Source: Mobula hypostoma
Lineage: Eukaryota
Reading direction: 5' to 3'
Assembly (NCBI RefSeq): GCF_963921235.1
Contig: NC_086101.1
Span: forward strand, 3,102,001 to 3,162,000
DNA: 60,000 nucleotides
Part shown: positions 50,101 to 60,000 of the stretch, one piece after another
Position numbering within the stretch: the stretch's first letter is position 1
Layout of the letters: each line of letters begins with the position of its first letter
Notes under the pieces: model-generated
Database searches by the model: none
The model's input: only the letters and a program-made list of their open reading frames with translations
Told to the model about the DNA's origin: nothing
Translations under genes and position numbers: made by a program

Positions 50101-50764
50101 GTTTCTCTTTTTCTATTCCCCGGTTCTGGTACCCGTCTTACCCCTTCTCTTCTCCTCACCGGCCCATCACCCCCCTCTGGTGCCCTTTCTCCCATCGTCA
50201 AATCTGCTCTCAGATTCCTTCTTCCTCAGTCCTTTTTCATCCTTCTCGTTACAGCTTCCGACTGCATCGCCCTCTCCCCCCCGTCACCCGGCCTAACCTA
50301 CCAGTTGCCAGCTTGTACTACTCCTCCTCCAGCGCCAATCTCATTCTGGCCTCTTCTCCCTTCGAGACCAGAAACACAGACGGTTTATTCCCTTCCCTAG
50401 ATGCTGCCTGACCTGCTGAGGTCCTCCAGCGTTTTGTCTGGAATCGCGGGTGCTCCCTCACCTTTGGAAGCTGGTTCAGGATGCTCACTTCGCGCTGACC
50501 GCCAGGGGGAGATGTTGGTGGGAGGACCAGTATTCGAGCTAGAGTTCAAGTTTATTTTGATCGGCCATTCCGCGGTACTAATGTCATGAGCATTATCTTT
50601 TCCCAGCAGCATAGCACATTAACGTAAACGTAACATAAAGAGCACATCAAAGATAACGACACTCGTGTGGCGGTGGATGGGGGAGGTGGAACCAAGACCG
50701 ATGCAGTCTGTTCAGGAACCTGATAACAAAGGGGAAGAAGTTGTTGAACCGCCGGTCACAGAAA

Positions 50765-51125
50765 CTGGGAGGGTGTCGGTCAAAGAGATCAGGAAGTTTT
50801 AGGGGGCCGCGGGAATCACGGGGAGAGAGGGGGGGAGGTAGGGGTCGGGACGAGTCAATGACAGAAGGAAGATTTTAGGGGCCGGGGAATCACGGGGAGA
50901 GAGGGGGGTAGGGGACGGGACGGGTCAAAGAGATCGGGAAGTTTCTGGGGACCGGGGGAATAACTGAGACGGGGAGAGAGGGGTGTAGGGGTCGGGACGA
51001 GTCAATGACATAAGGAAGATTTTAGGGGCCGGGGGAATCATGGGGAGAGAGGGGTGTAGGGGTTCGGGACAGGTGAAAGAGATCAGGAAGTTTTAAGGAG
51101 CCGGAGGAGTCACGGAGACGGGGAG
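50765..51125. repeat. Degenerate G-rich tandem repeat upstream of tapasin
   Basis: Recurrent GGAAG.TTTTAGGGGCCGGGGAATCACGGGGAGAGAGGGG...GGGTCGGGACG units. Confidence 0.75.
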
Positions 51126-51245
51126 AGGGGACGTCTTTCGTGTTTAGTACCGCTCCGGGGTATTTTTGAGCGGAGAGTCCCAGCGAATTCGCCCTCAACC
51201 CCGCCTCCCTTCCCTCCTCACCTCCACACCCTCCCCCCGCCGCTA

Positions 51246-51267
51246 TTCCGGGAAGAGAAAGTGAAAC
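51246..51267 (+). promoter_or_regulatory. Adjacent GAS (TTCCGGGAA) and ISRE/IRF-E (GAAAGTGAAAC) elements in a CpG-island promoter
   Basis: Exact consensus matches TTCN3GAA (51246-51254) and GAAANNGAAA (51257-51266), 55-76 nt before the tapasin ATG; GC boxes lie just upstream. Confidence 0.75.
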
Positions 51268-51321
51268 CGTGAGAGAAGTAAAGGCGCAGCCGCTGCCGCC
51301 GCCGAGTCGCCGCCACCCGCA

Positions 51322-51382
51322 ATGGATGCAGCCGGTGCGCTGTTCGGGGTCGCCGTCTTTCTCGGCACTTGCTACCCACCAG
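51322..51382 (+). CDS. TAPBP: Tapasin exon 1 (signal peptide)
   Basis: GCAATGG start, MDAAGALFGVAVFLGTCYPP, donor CAG|GTAAAG, phase 1; splices in frame to 56008. Confidence 0.72.
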
Positions 51383-51729
51383 GTAAAGCCCCCATCCCCG
51401 CCGCGCTCCGGCCGAGTCCCGGAGGGGAGGTGGAGGACCGGAGGAAAATCCTACCCACTCGGAAGCACCATTCGGCCCACCGTTCTCTGCTGGCCTCCGT
51501 CTCTCCCTCCCGGCGCTCACTCCGGGCCAGCTCGACCTCTCCCTGTCGGTCAGAGATCCGGAGTTCCGGGTTCGTTCCCGACCTTCGACGCTGTCTGCGC
51601 GGATGTGCACGTTCTGCCCTGCGAGTCTGCGGGTTCCCGCACATCCCGGGGACGAGCGGGGTCGATGGGGAGGGTAATCGCCCGCTGTGAATTATCCTCA
51701 GTGTGCGCTGGTGGGGGATAGAATCTGGG

Positions 51730-52030
51730 GACCCCCTGTAAAATACCGACCTCCCGGACCCCCTGTGAAACACCGACCCCCCCCCACCCCCCGCGAAACA
51801 CCGACCCCCTGTGAAATACCGACCCCCCCTCCGCGAAACACCGACTCGGCCCCCGGCCCCCCTGTGAAATACCGACTTGCCCCGCCCTCCCCGACCCCCT
51901 GTGAAATACCGACCTCCTGGACCCCCTGTGAAACACCGACACCCCCTCTGACTCCCTGTGAAATACCGACTTGCCCCGCCCTCCCCGACCCCCTGTGAAG
52001 TACCGACACGCCCCCCCCCGGACCCCTCCC
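51730..52030. repeat. Degenerate tandem repeat (CCCCCTGTGAAATACCGAC core)
   Basis: The core recurs many times with variable C-rich linkers. Confidence 0.85.
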
Positions 52031-52299
52031 CTGGGTGTGAGATGAGGCCAAACTCGGGTTGGAGGAGCAACACCTCATACTCTGTCTGGGTAGCTTCCAA
52101 CCTGATGACATGAACATCGATTTCTTTACCTTAGTTATTTCTGCTCAACCCATCCCACAACCCACCTTTCCCTGTTTTTCCATTCCACATTCCGGTTCCT
52201 CGCTCTGTCCTCACCCTCCCCTCCTCCTCTTTCTCCCAAGGCCCACTCTCCACTCCCATCAAATTCCTTCTTCTTCAACCTCTTACCCTTTTCACCTTC

Positions 52300-52650
52300 C
52301 CGCTAGAAGCTGAAAGCAAGAGTGTGATGTTGAGCGTTTTTGTACGCTTGGAGTACCGTGAGCAATTTTAGGCCCCATATCTGAGAAAGGATGTGCCGGC
52401 CGGGGAGACGGTCCAGAGGAGGTTGACAAGAATGATTCCGGGAATAAAAGGATTAGTTTATGAGGAACGATTGATGGCTTTGGGCCTGTACTCACTGGAG
52501 TTTAGAAGAATTGGGGGAGGGAGAATAGGGAGTGTGGTGGGATCTCTTTGAAAGCGATTGAATATTGATAGCCCTAGATAGAGTGGATGTGGAGAGGATG
52601 TTTCCTGTAATGGGGGGGTCTAGGACCAGAGGGCACAGCCTCAGAATAAA
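52300..52650 (+). mobile_element. CR1 fragment (preceded by a PLE remnant at about 52035-52290)
   Basis: Decayed LGLYSLEFRR and TRGHSLRI motifs. Confidence 0.75.
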
Positions 52651-53760
52651 GGCAAGGCAAGTTTATTTATATAACCCTTTTCAATCACAAGGTAGTTGAT
52701 TTACATAGAAAAAAATAAAATCAAATATCAAATTTCAGACAATATAAAAGGGAATAAAATCACACAACAATAGCTATGATAAATAAAAGTTTCAGTGCAG
52801 GTTCTAATTAAAAGCTGCAGCGAAAAGAAAAGTTTTAAGCTTCGATTAAAAAGAGCTTTAAGTTCAGTCGATGTTTCAGGCCAAACCCCCTAAGCAGGAC
52901 TCAGGGTTTTGGCCTGTATTAACCCCCCCCCCCCCCAATAGATGCTGCCTGGCCTGCTGAGTTCCTCCAGCATTTTGTGTGTTTTACTTGGATTTCCAGC
53001 ATCTGCAGATTTTCTCTTGTTAGTAGTACAGTATTTTAAATTCCCTCCTCTGAAGGACAGGAAGCCAGTGTAGGGATCTGAGAACTGGAGTGATGTGTTC
53101 TAAACAGTGCGGACTCCAGCAGCCGCGTTCTGAATGAGCTACAGCTGTCTGAGGGATTTTTTTACAGAGGCCATTACTGTCAAGCATGCTAAAAATAAAT
53201 GCATGGATGAGATTTTCTAGACCTCGCTGAGACTTAAGGCCTTTGGCTCTCACTATAACGTTGTCGAAATCCAGACTGGAAAACATCCATACAGATGCTG
53301 AGTGCCAGAAAGCTGTTAAGTTGCTGATAAGCACCCTTTTCAATGATTTGACTTAATCATGGTAAGTTTGATTTAGGCCTGTAGTTATCAATAACTGGGG
53401 CAGCTAGGTTGTTCTTTTGGAAAAGAGGTTCAATGACCGCAGTTTTCAGGGCTTTGGGGAAGCAGCCTGATAGAAGTATTGACTATCTGCAGAATGTCTG
53501 GCACTTTGCAATTAAAAAGGCTGTAGGTAAAAGGGGACAGAAGGAGGATTTCAGGTGCAGCACAATTTCCTCTGTGGTCTGTAGCTTTGAATTGTGTCAT
53601 CTTAACTAAACTAGTGCTAAGTGAGTGAAAGGGTGACATTGATCTCTGACCTGAGGCAGAGACACCGACAACATATCTGATCTTCTGAATTTTGTTGGTA
53701 AAGTAGAACGCAGGGACTTTGTGGATAGGAGTTCAGGTGCTGCTGATACAGGAGGATGTG
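52650..53760 (-). mobile_element. L2-clade LINE fragments with a nested pLTR remnant (about 52860-53020)
   Basis: ENLIHAFIFS.LD and EHITPVLRSLHWLPV; tail ATAAATAAACTTGCCTTGCC. Confidence 0.75.
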
Positions 53761-54783
53761 TGAGCCTCTCAAATCAGGCACAGGCATTGTAGCTGTTTGT
53801 GTTTATAATACCAGAGGAGAAGGACTGCCTTGCATGTCCCAGCTTCATAGATGCAGAACATTTCTTTATAAATATTGCAATGGAGCTGGGGTTTTATTTT
53901 CCAATGCTGGTGTTCAGCTCTTTGGAGTTTAACCAGCGCTGTGTTTCTCCGTGGTGCTTTTTGCCTCCCAGAAACTACTTTTTACTTTTTTTGCGGCCGA
54001 TTGCATCACTGACATCTGTAATCTTAGACTTGAGCTGGTCTGCAAGGTCATTGACAGAGGCCGGCGAGAAGGCAGGGGTGGGGAGAAAAGGCCTGCGTGA
54101 GCAACGCCTTGGTGTTTTCAGAGATATATTGTTTTGTGATTACCTCAGTTTGAGCGCTAGTGAACAGGGACATAGTCATTTTAACGAGAACAGAAATGCT
54201 CGGAAAGAGCAACACCCCAACAGAGTTACAACCTTAAGACAAGGTTGAGGGTGGGGCCTTTGCGGTGTCAGGGTGGTGGTAGAGGGACATCCATTTTGAA
54301 CAGAGACAAGGAGGAATTTCTCTAGCCAGAGGGTGGTGAGTCTGTGGAATTCATTGTCACAGACACTGTGGAGGCAAAGTCATTTAAAATGGACTATATA
54401 GTAAAGTGTCCCGCGGGCTGGCAGAGGGAACGAGTGCCTTACACCTCCTTTAGTAGAGATGTACCTCCACCCCAACACCCGAAAGGTTAGAGAGAGGAAA
54501 TTTAAAGGGATCAGAAAGGGCATTTTTTTTTTACAGAGAGAATGGGAAGTGCCCGGATTGTGCAGCCAAAGGTGGAGATGTGATGGAAGTGTTTATGAGG
54601 CTCTCAGGCTCATGAATGTGCAGGAAACAGAGGGATACGGACGTTGTGTAGACAGGAAGGGTCAGTTCAATTGGGCATTTGATTACAAATATGTAATTGG
54701 CTTGATACAATACTGTGGGCCTGTAAACGTAAATTTGCTGGATCAAATAACGACAGCACAAAAAGATTGCTACTTATCTTTTC

Positions 54784-55357
54784 AAACAACACACATAAAA
54801 ATTGCTGGTGAACGCAGCAGGCCAGGCAGCATCTCTAGTCGATGTTTCAGGGCGAGACCCTTCGTCAGGACTAACTGAAGGAAGAGTTAGTAAGAGATTT
54901 GAAAGTGGAAGTGGGAGGGGGAGATTTAAAATGATAGGAGAAGACAGGAGGGGGAGGGATGGAGCCAAGAGCTGGACAGGTGATAGGCAAAAGGGATATG
55001 AGAGGATCACGGGATGGGAGGCCCAGGGAGAAAGGCGGGGGGAGCCCAGAGGATGGGCAAGGGGTATAGTCAGAGGGACAGAGGGAGAAAAAGGAGCGAA
55101 AGATAAATAAATAAATAAGTAACAGATGGGGTACGAGGGGGAGGTGGGACATTAACAGAAGTTAGAGAAGTCAATGTTCATGCCATCAGGTTGGAGGCTA
55201 CCCAGACAGAATATAAGGTGTTGTTCCTCCAACCTGAGTGTGTCTTCATCTTTACAGTAGAGGAGGCCGTGGATAGACATGTCAGAATGGGAATGGGATG
55301 TGGAATTAAAATGTGTGGCCACTGGGAGATCCTGCTTTCTCTGGCGGACAGAGCGTA
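54784..55357 (-). mobile_element. Penelope-like 3' fragment with pLTR and hammerhead (54837-54874, GAAACAUC variant)
   Basis: VATHFNS...EQHLIFCLGSLQPDGMNIDFS followed by the pLTR. Confidence 0.88.
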
Positions 55358-56007
55358 GGTTTTACCTGTTTGTTTCTTTGAGCTCAGCCGGCGAGTTAAC
55401 TTGGTCCTGACATCAGAGACAGAACCGTTCTCATCTCTCTGGCAGTTCAACAAGTTCACTGCCTGATGTCAGAATTGTTAGAAGTTATAAGGCCACCGAT
55501 ACAAAAGAAAAATCAGTTTGATAGACCTCCAGCCACCTTAGTTAAAGAAAGGAATGCCCTGCCTGGTTTGTTGGAGCCTCAACTTAATAACAAAGATAAG
55601 AACATACATCAAATTTGTGCTTTAATTAAGAAAGGGATGTCCTGTCTAATTTCCATCAGGTACTGCCTTTTGTCAAAACCAAAAGGTGCGAAAAGCTCAG
55701 AGACATCTATGTGGATCTGGGTGAACTTCAACCCTTATCTTGCTGAAAAAGAAAGCAGCTGTGAGACATTATTCAAACACACTGCAGTCACCCACAAAAT
55801 ACACAGACATAGTCGGTACTTAACCCATTGTTTACAGGAATCTGAGAGTTCCCCCATTCCCTTAGACTTTATCAGGCCGAATGCCCTGACCCTGTGCTGA
55901 CGTGCTCTCTGACTCTATGAGGAGGCTGATGTTGACCAGTATCTCCTGAGTCCGGTTGGTGTCCCCTGGGCTCTGCCTGCTTTAACCCAGGTTCTTTCTC
56001 CACCCAG

Positions 56008-56223
56008 TTCTGAGCCATGGTTCCGTGCTGGATGGTGACACGCTGGTAGACTGCATGTTTGTAGAGGAGGCGCGTGGCAAGGGGAGCTTCCCGGGCTCCG
56101 TTGACCAGACCGACGCTGTGTTGCTGCTGCGGAGGGTGTCCGGCCGTAAGATGGAGAATGAGCAGCCCTCGGGCGTGGCCGTGCCCCCTGACCTGAAGCC
56201 AGGCATGTTCCTCGAGGTGTTCG
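56008..56223 (+). CDS. TAPBP: Tapasin exon 2 (N-terminal domain); the gene presumably continues beyond the window
   Basis: TTCTCCACCCAG| ... |GTAAGA, 216 nt, phase 1/1: TLVDCMFVEEARGKG...AVLLLRR...PPDLKPGMFLEVF, which aligns by eye with mammalian tapasin IECWFVEDASGKG...ALLLRQ...PDLDPELYLSVH. Confidence 0.8.
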
Positions 56224-56544
56224 GTAAGATCCCACAAACTCCGGGGTGTTGAGAGCTGGGTTGACGCTACTGAATGGGACAGGGTGCGGACCGGCCGAGC
56301 GGCCTCTCCCCATGGGTTACAGGTTTACAAATTGCCATTGTACTTCCTCATCCGGAATCGGGTTTAATGTTCTACATACGTGGTGAAATTTAGTGTTTTG
56401 TGGCAGCAGTCAGGTGTGAGAAACGCACAAACACAAAGTGCAAAAAGGAAGCAAAATTACTGAGATGGTGTTCACGGGTTCACTGTCCATTCAGCCAGAA
56501 CTTGTTTGGTAACAGTCTCCTGCCCCAATTAAGTAGCATAGTGT

Positions 56545-56852
56545 CCTGTTACAAGAATAGGCATCCGTTAGTGTCGTGAGACCACGAATTTGCGCCTTGG
56601 AAGGTTTCCAGGGCACAGGCCTGAGCAAGGTTGTATAGAAGACCGGCCGTTTCCCATGCTGCATGTCTCCCCTCTCCATGCCACCGATGTTGTCCAAGGG
56701 AAGGGCACTAGGGCCGATACAGCTTGGCACCGGTGTTGTCGCAGAGCAATGTGTGATTAAGTGCCTTGCTCAAGGACACAACACGCTGCCTCAGCTGGGG
56801 CTCGAACTAGCAACCTTCAGATCACTAGACCAACACCGTAACCACTTGGCCA
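56545..56852 (-). mobile_element. tRNA-headed SINE with a Deu-like core
   Basis: TGGCCAAGTGG (A box), AGTTCGAGCC (B box) and TGTCCTTGAGCAAGGCACTT. Confidence 0.65.
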
Positions 56853-57129
56853 CACTCCAAGAATCACCCCTTGTAATAATGATCAGTGAGGCACAGAGAA
56901 TCTGTATTTACCCTCAAGTAGCTTTTATCATCTCAACTAAAAAGCAAGAACTAACTACCTGTTCGAACCCCTGGCCCTCCATGAACAGTCAATGAAGAGA
57001 AAAGGTACTGCCCAGGAAAGGAGCCGATGCTGGCCTCGTGGTCCTGATCTCCACATGTCCATGGGGTCCTCCTTATCTGCGATGGTTGGTCTCCTTCGTT
57101 GCTGTGTCTCCTGCTGGCCGAGATGAAGT

Positions 57130-57668
57130 TCGTAATCCAATGGCCAGATCTAAAGTCACATTCCCTATGGTGACATTGTGACTTTCCAAAGGGCATTGTC
57201 CCCATCCCTTGGTATAACCCATGGCTGCTGCTGTTATATAATATGTCTGTCCCAACAATGCATATTGTAGAAAGACTGATTATTCACGGGAAACATTGAC
57301 AATGAATAATTTTCATAAGTACTGAAACCACACTTTGCAAGTTTCTGCTTTGTTATTTCTTCTGGACAAGACCAGTGGTCGTCCCTTTGATAAATCTATT
57401 CCTTTCCCAGTACCATTCATAACAATAGCTTGTGTTGGCGGGTATCCATGTATTCTCATGATGTTTACCAACATTGTGAACCCTGTTCAAAGAGTAGGTT
57501 GAATTATTTCCATGTCGGGGAATGTGGAATACCGCTCAGACGTAGAAGCTTCCTTTACCATCATCACAGGTACCCAGTACTCTGTTGGTTATTGTAAGGC
57601 TTCTAATATGACACAATGGCACCCTTTCCCCAACTCAGTCTTTTAGATGCTCATCTGAGACCCAATTT
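57130..57668 (-). pseudogene. Endogenous viral envelope remnant, C-terminal part
   Basis: NWVSDEHLKD*...FHIPR...YSLNRVHNVG; continues the env frame interrupted by the CR1; contains stops and frameshifts. Confidence 0.5.
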
Positions 57669-58972
57669 GAGTCAGCATGGATTTGTGAAAGGAAAATCAT
57701 GTCTGACGAATCTCATAGAATTTTTTGAGGATGTAACTAGTAGAGTGGATAGGGGAGAACCAGTGGATGTGGTATATTTGGATTTTCAAAAGGCTTTTGA
57801 CAAGGTCCCACATAGGAGATTAGTGTGCAAACTTAAAGCACACGGTATTGGGGGTAAGGTATTGGTGTGGGTGGAGAATTGGTTAGCAGACAGGAAGCAA
57901 AGAGTGGGAATAAACGGGACCTTTTCAGAATGGCAGGCGGTGACTAGTGGGGTACCGCAAGGCTCAGTGCTGGGACCCCAGTTGTTTACAATATATATTA
58001 ATGACTTGGATGAGGGAATTAAATGCAGCATCTCCAAGTTTGCGGATGACACGAAGCTGGGTGGCAGTGTTAGCAGTGAGGAGGATGCTAAGAGGATGCA
58101 GGGTGACTTGGATAGGTTGGGTGAGTGGGCAAACTCATGGCAGATGCAATTTAATGTGGATAAATGTGAAGTTATCCACTTTGGTGGCAAAAATAGGAAA
58201 ACAGATTATTATCTGAATGGTGGCCGATTAGGAAAAGGGGAGGTGCAACGAGACCTGGGTGTCATTATACACCAGTCATTGAAAGTGGGCATGCAGGTAC
58301 AGCAGGCGGTGAAAAAGGCGAACGGTATGCTGGCATTTATAGCGAGAGGATTCGAGTACAGGAGCAGGGAGGTACTACTGCAGTTGTACAAGGCCTTGGT
58401 GAGACCACACCTGGAGTATTGTGTGCAGTTTTGGTCCCCTAATCTGAGGAAAGACATCTTTGCCATAGAGGGAGTACAAAGAAGGTTCACCAGATTGATT
58501 CCTGGGATGGCAGGTCTTTCATATGAAGAAAGACTGGATGAACTGGGCTTGTACTCGTTGGAATTTAGAAGATTGAGGGGGGATCTGATTGAAACGTATA
58601 AGATCCTAAAGGGATTGGACAGGCTAGATGCAGGAAGATTGTTCCCGATGTTGGGGAGGTCTAGAACGAGGGGTCACAGTTTGAGGATAGAGGGGAAGCC
58701 TTTTAGGACCGAGGTTAGGAAAAACTTCTTCACACAGAGAGTGGTGAATCTGTGGAATTCTCTGCCACAGCAAACTGTTGAGGCCAGTTCATTAGCTATG
58801 TTTAAAAGGAAGTTAGATATGGCCCTTGTGGCTACAGGGGTCAGGGGGTATGGAGGGAAGGCTGGGTTCTGAGTTGGATGATCAGCCATGATCATAATAA
58901 ATGGCGGTGCAGGCTCGAAGGGCCGAATGGCCTACTCCTGCACCTATTTTCTATGTTTCTATGTTTCTATGT
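57669..58972 (+). mobile_element. Young 5'-truncated CR1 LINE with an uninterrupted RT C-half
   Basis: ORF to 58872 containing QHGF, DFQKAFDKVPH, GVPQGSVLGP, FADDTK and RPHLEYCVQFW; (TTTCTATG)n tail. Confidence 0.97.
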
Positions 58973-59600
58973 TGCAATAAATTAGTGCGAATCATGGTAA
59001 GCAGCAACTAGCATATGTAGCACGGATTTCAGTTTTATGCATTTCCTTAGACATGAGGTCTATGTGGTCAATAATCAGGTGTGTTGTAAATGAAGGGGCT
59101 TCAGAAATTTAACTGCAGTCCAGAGTTACCTGGGATTCATCTCGACCAATCTGATTAGTTTGTGCCTGATCTTGGTAATTTTCTCTAGTAATATCCCTTA
59201 TTTTCTGGAGGATCTGTATCTGGGTTTCTAATTCTGCTATATCTATTGTGTTGACCATTGCCAGCCCTGATGCATAACCTGCTCCCACTCATTCCAATAG
59301 TCCTCTTTTCCTTCTATTTTTGACTGGTTTAAACTCACTCCTGCTTAGTTGTCTCCCAAGAAGGTGAGTACATAATGGTTTTATCGTAGGTGAGCACCAT
59401 TCAGGCACCATTATTTCAGTTAGATTAAAGATTACCTCAACATGCTGGTTCCCTTGTATGAAAGTGACAAGCTCCCCCTGTATCTCCTAACACTAATCCT
59501 ACCCCATTTGTATTACGCTGGGTCTCACTACTTTCAGGCTGTGGGGTAGATTCCGTCACTTGTGGGTGTGGAGTAGTGATTTTTCTAAAAGCTTTGTGAA
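58973..59600 (-). pseudogene. Endogenous viral envelope remnant (class I fusion, F-like), furin-site region
   Basis: VIFNLTEI..PEWC...KNRRKR|GLLE*VGAGYASGLAMVNTIDIAELETQIQILQ: furin site 59304-59315, Gly/Ala fusion peptide and heptad repeat. Confidence 0.65.
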
Positions 59601-59704
59601 CCTGAAGAGGGCCTGGCCTCTGACAAAAACACTTCTCCGTTCCTTTAGTGTCTTCCCTATTCTACTCTCCCTGTGTGCTACATTCCCATGGGCAGTTCAT
59701 AATG

Positions 59705-60000
59705 AAGCATAGAAATCTACAGCACATTACAGGCCCTTCGGCCCACAATGTTGTGCTGACTTATAACCTACTCTAGAAACTGCCTGGAATTTCCCCAGCA
59801 CATAGCCCTCTATTTTTCTAAACTCCATGTACCTATCTAAGAGTCTCTTAAAAGACCCTATCGTATCCGCTTCCACCATTGGTGCCGGCAGAATATTCCA
59901 CACACTCACCACTCTCTGTGTGAAAAACTTACCCCTAACATCCCCTCGGTATCTATTTCCAAGCATCTTAAAACTATGCCCCCTTGTGTTAGCCATTTCA
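59705..60000 (-). mobile_element. CR1 3' end
   Basis: NTRGHSFKMLGNRYRGDVRGKFFTQRVVSVWN. Confidence 0.9.

Noticed and set aside
51730..52030. Repeat-spacer-like pattern (constant TGTGAAATACCGAC core with variable linkers)
   Set aside because: The linkers are C-rich variants of one another and some recur; it is a degenerate tandem repeat, not CRISPR.
55991..56007. Alternative upstream acceptor for tapasin exon 2
   Set aside because: In phase 1 it reaches TGA within a few codons; the acceptor at 56007 keeps the frame.
56790..56852. tRNA gene
   Set aside because: A and B boxes are present but the sequence continues into a SINE body, with no convincing cloverleaf or terminator; the same applies to 28046 and 30300-30378.
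57616..58872. 418-aa reverse transcriptase as a host gene or retron/DGR-type system
   Set aside because: It is an ordinary 5'-truncated CR1 ORF2 with a (TTTCTATG)n tail; the first codons are flanking sequence.

Overview
Vertebrate nuclear DNA, most likely from a cartilaginous fish (ray or shark; inferred from the repeat landscape, not proven). Most of the window is nested transposon debris: CR1, L1, L2, Rex1/Babar-like and Nimb/I-like LINEs, Penelope-like elements with hammerhead ribozymes, Gypsy LTRs, hAT elements and SINEs. Most ORFs in the supplied track are repeat-derived or spurious. Splicing exons by hand gives four loci. (1) A CD2/SLAM/CEACAM-type Ig receptor (Cys-less V, C2, TM, 7-aa tail; 3337-7736 +) whose V-exon donor is mutated. 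(2) An inverted, deletion-damaged duplicate of it (about 10590-12500 -) fused to a Gypsy LTR/gag. (3) A complete 6-coding-exon, 210-aa secreted SOUL/heme-binding-family gene (26657-40036 +). (4) The first two exons of tapasin (TAPBP; 51322-51382 and 56008-56223 +), preceded by adjacent GAS and ISRE elements. The intron after tapasin exon 2 holds a decayed F-type viral envelope gene split by a young CR1. Exon boundaries are exact; repeat boundaries are approximate.
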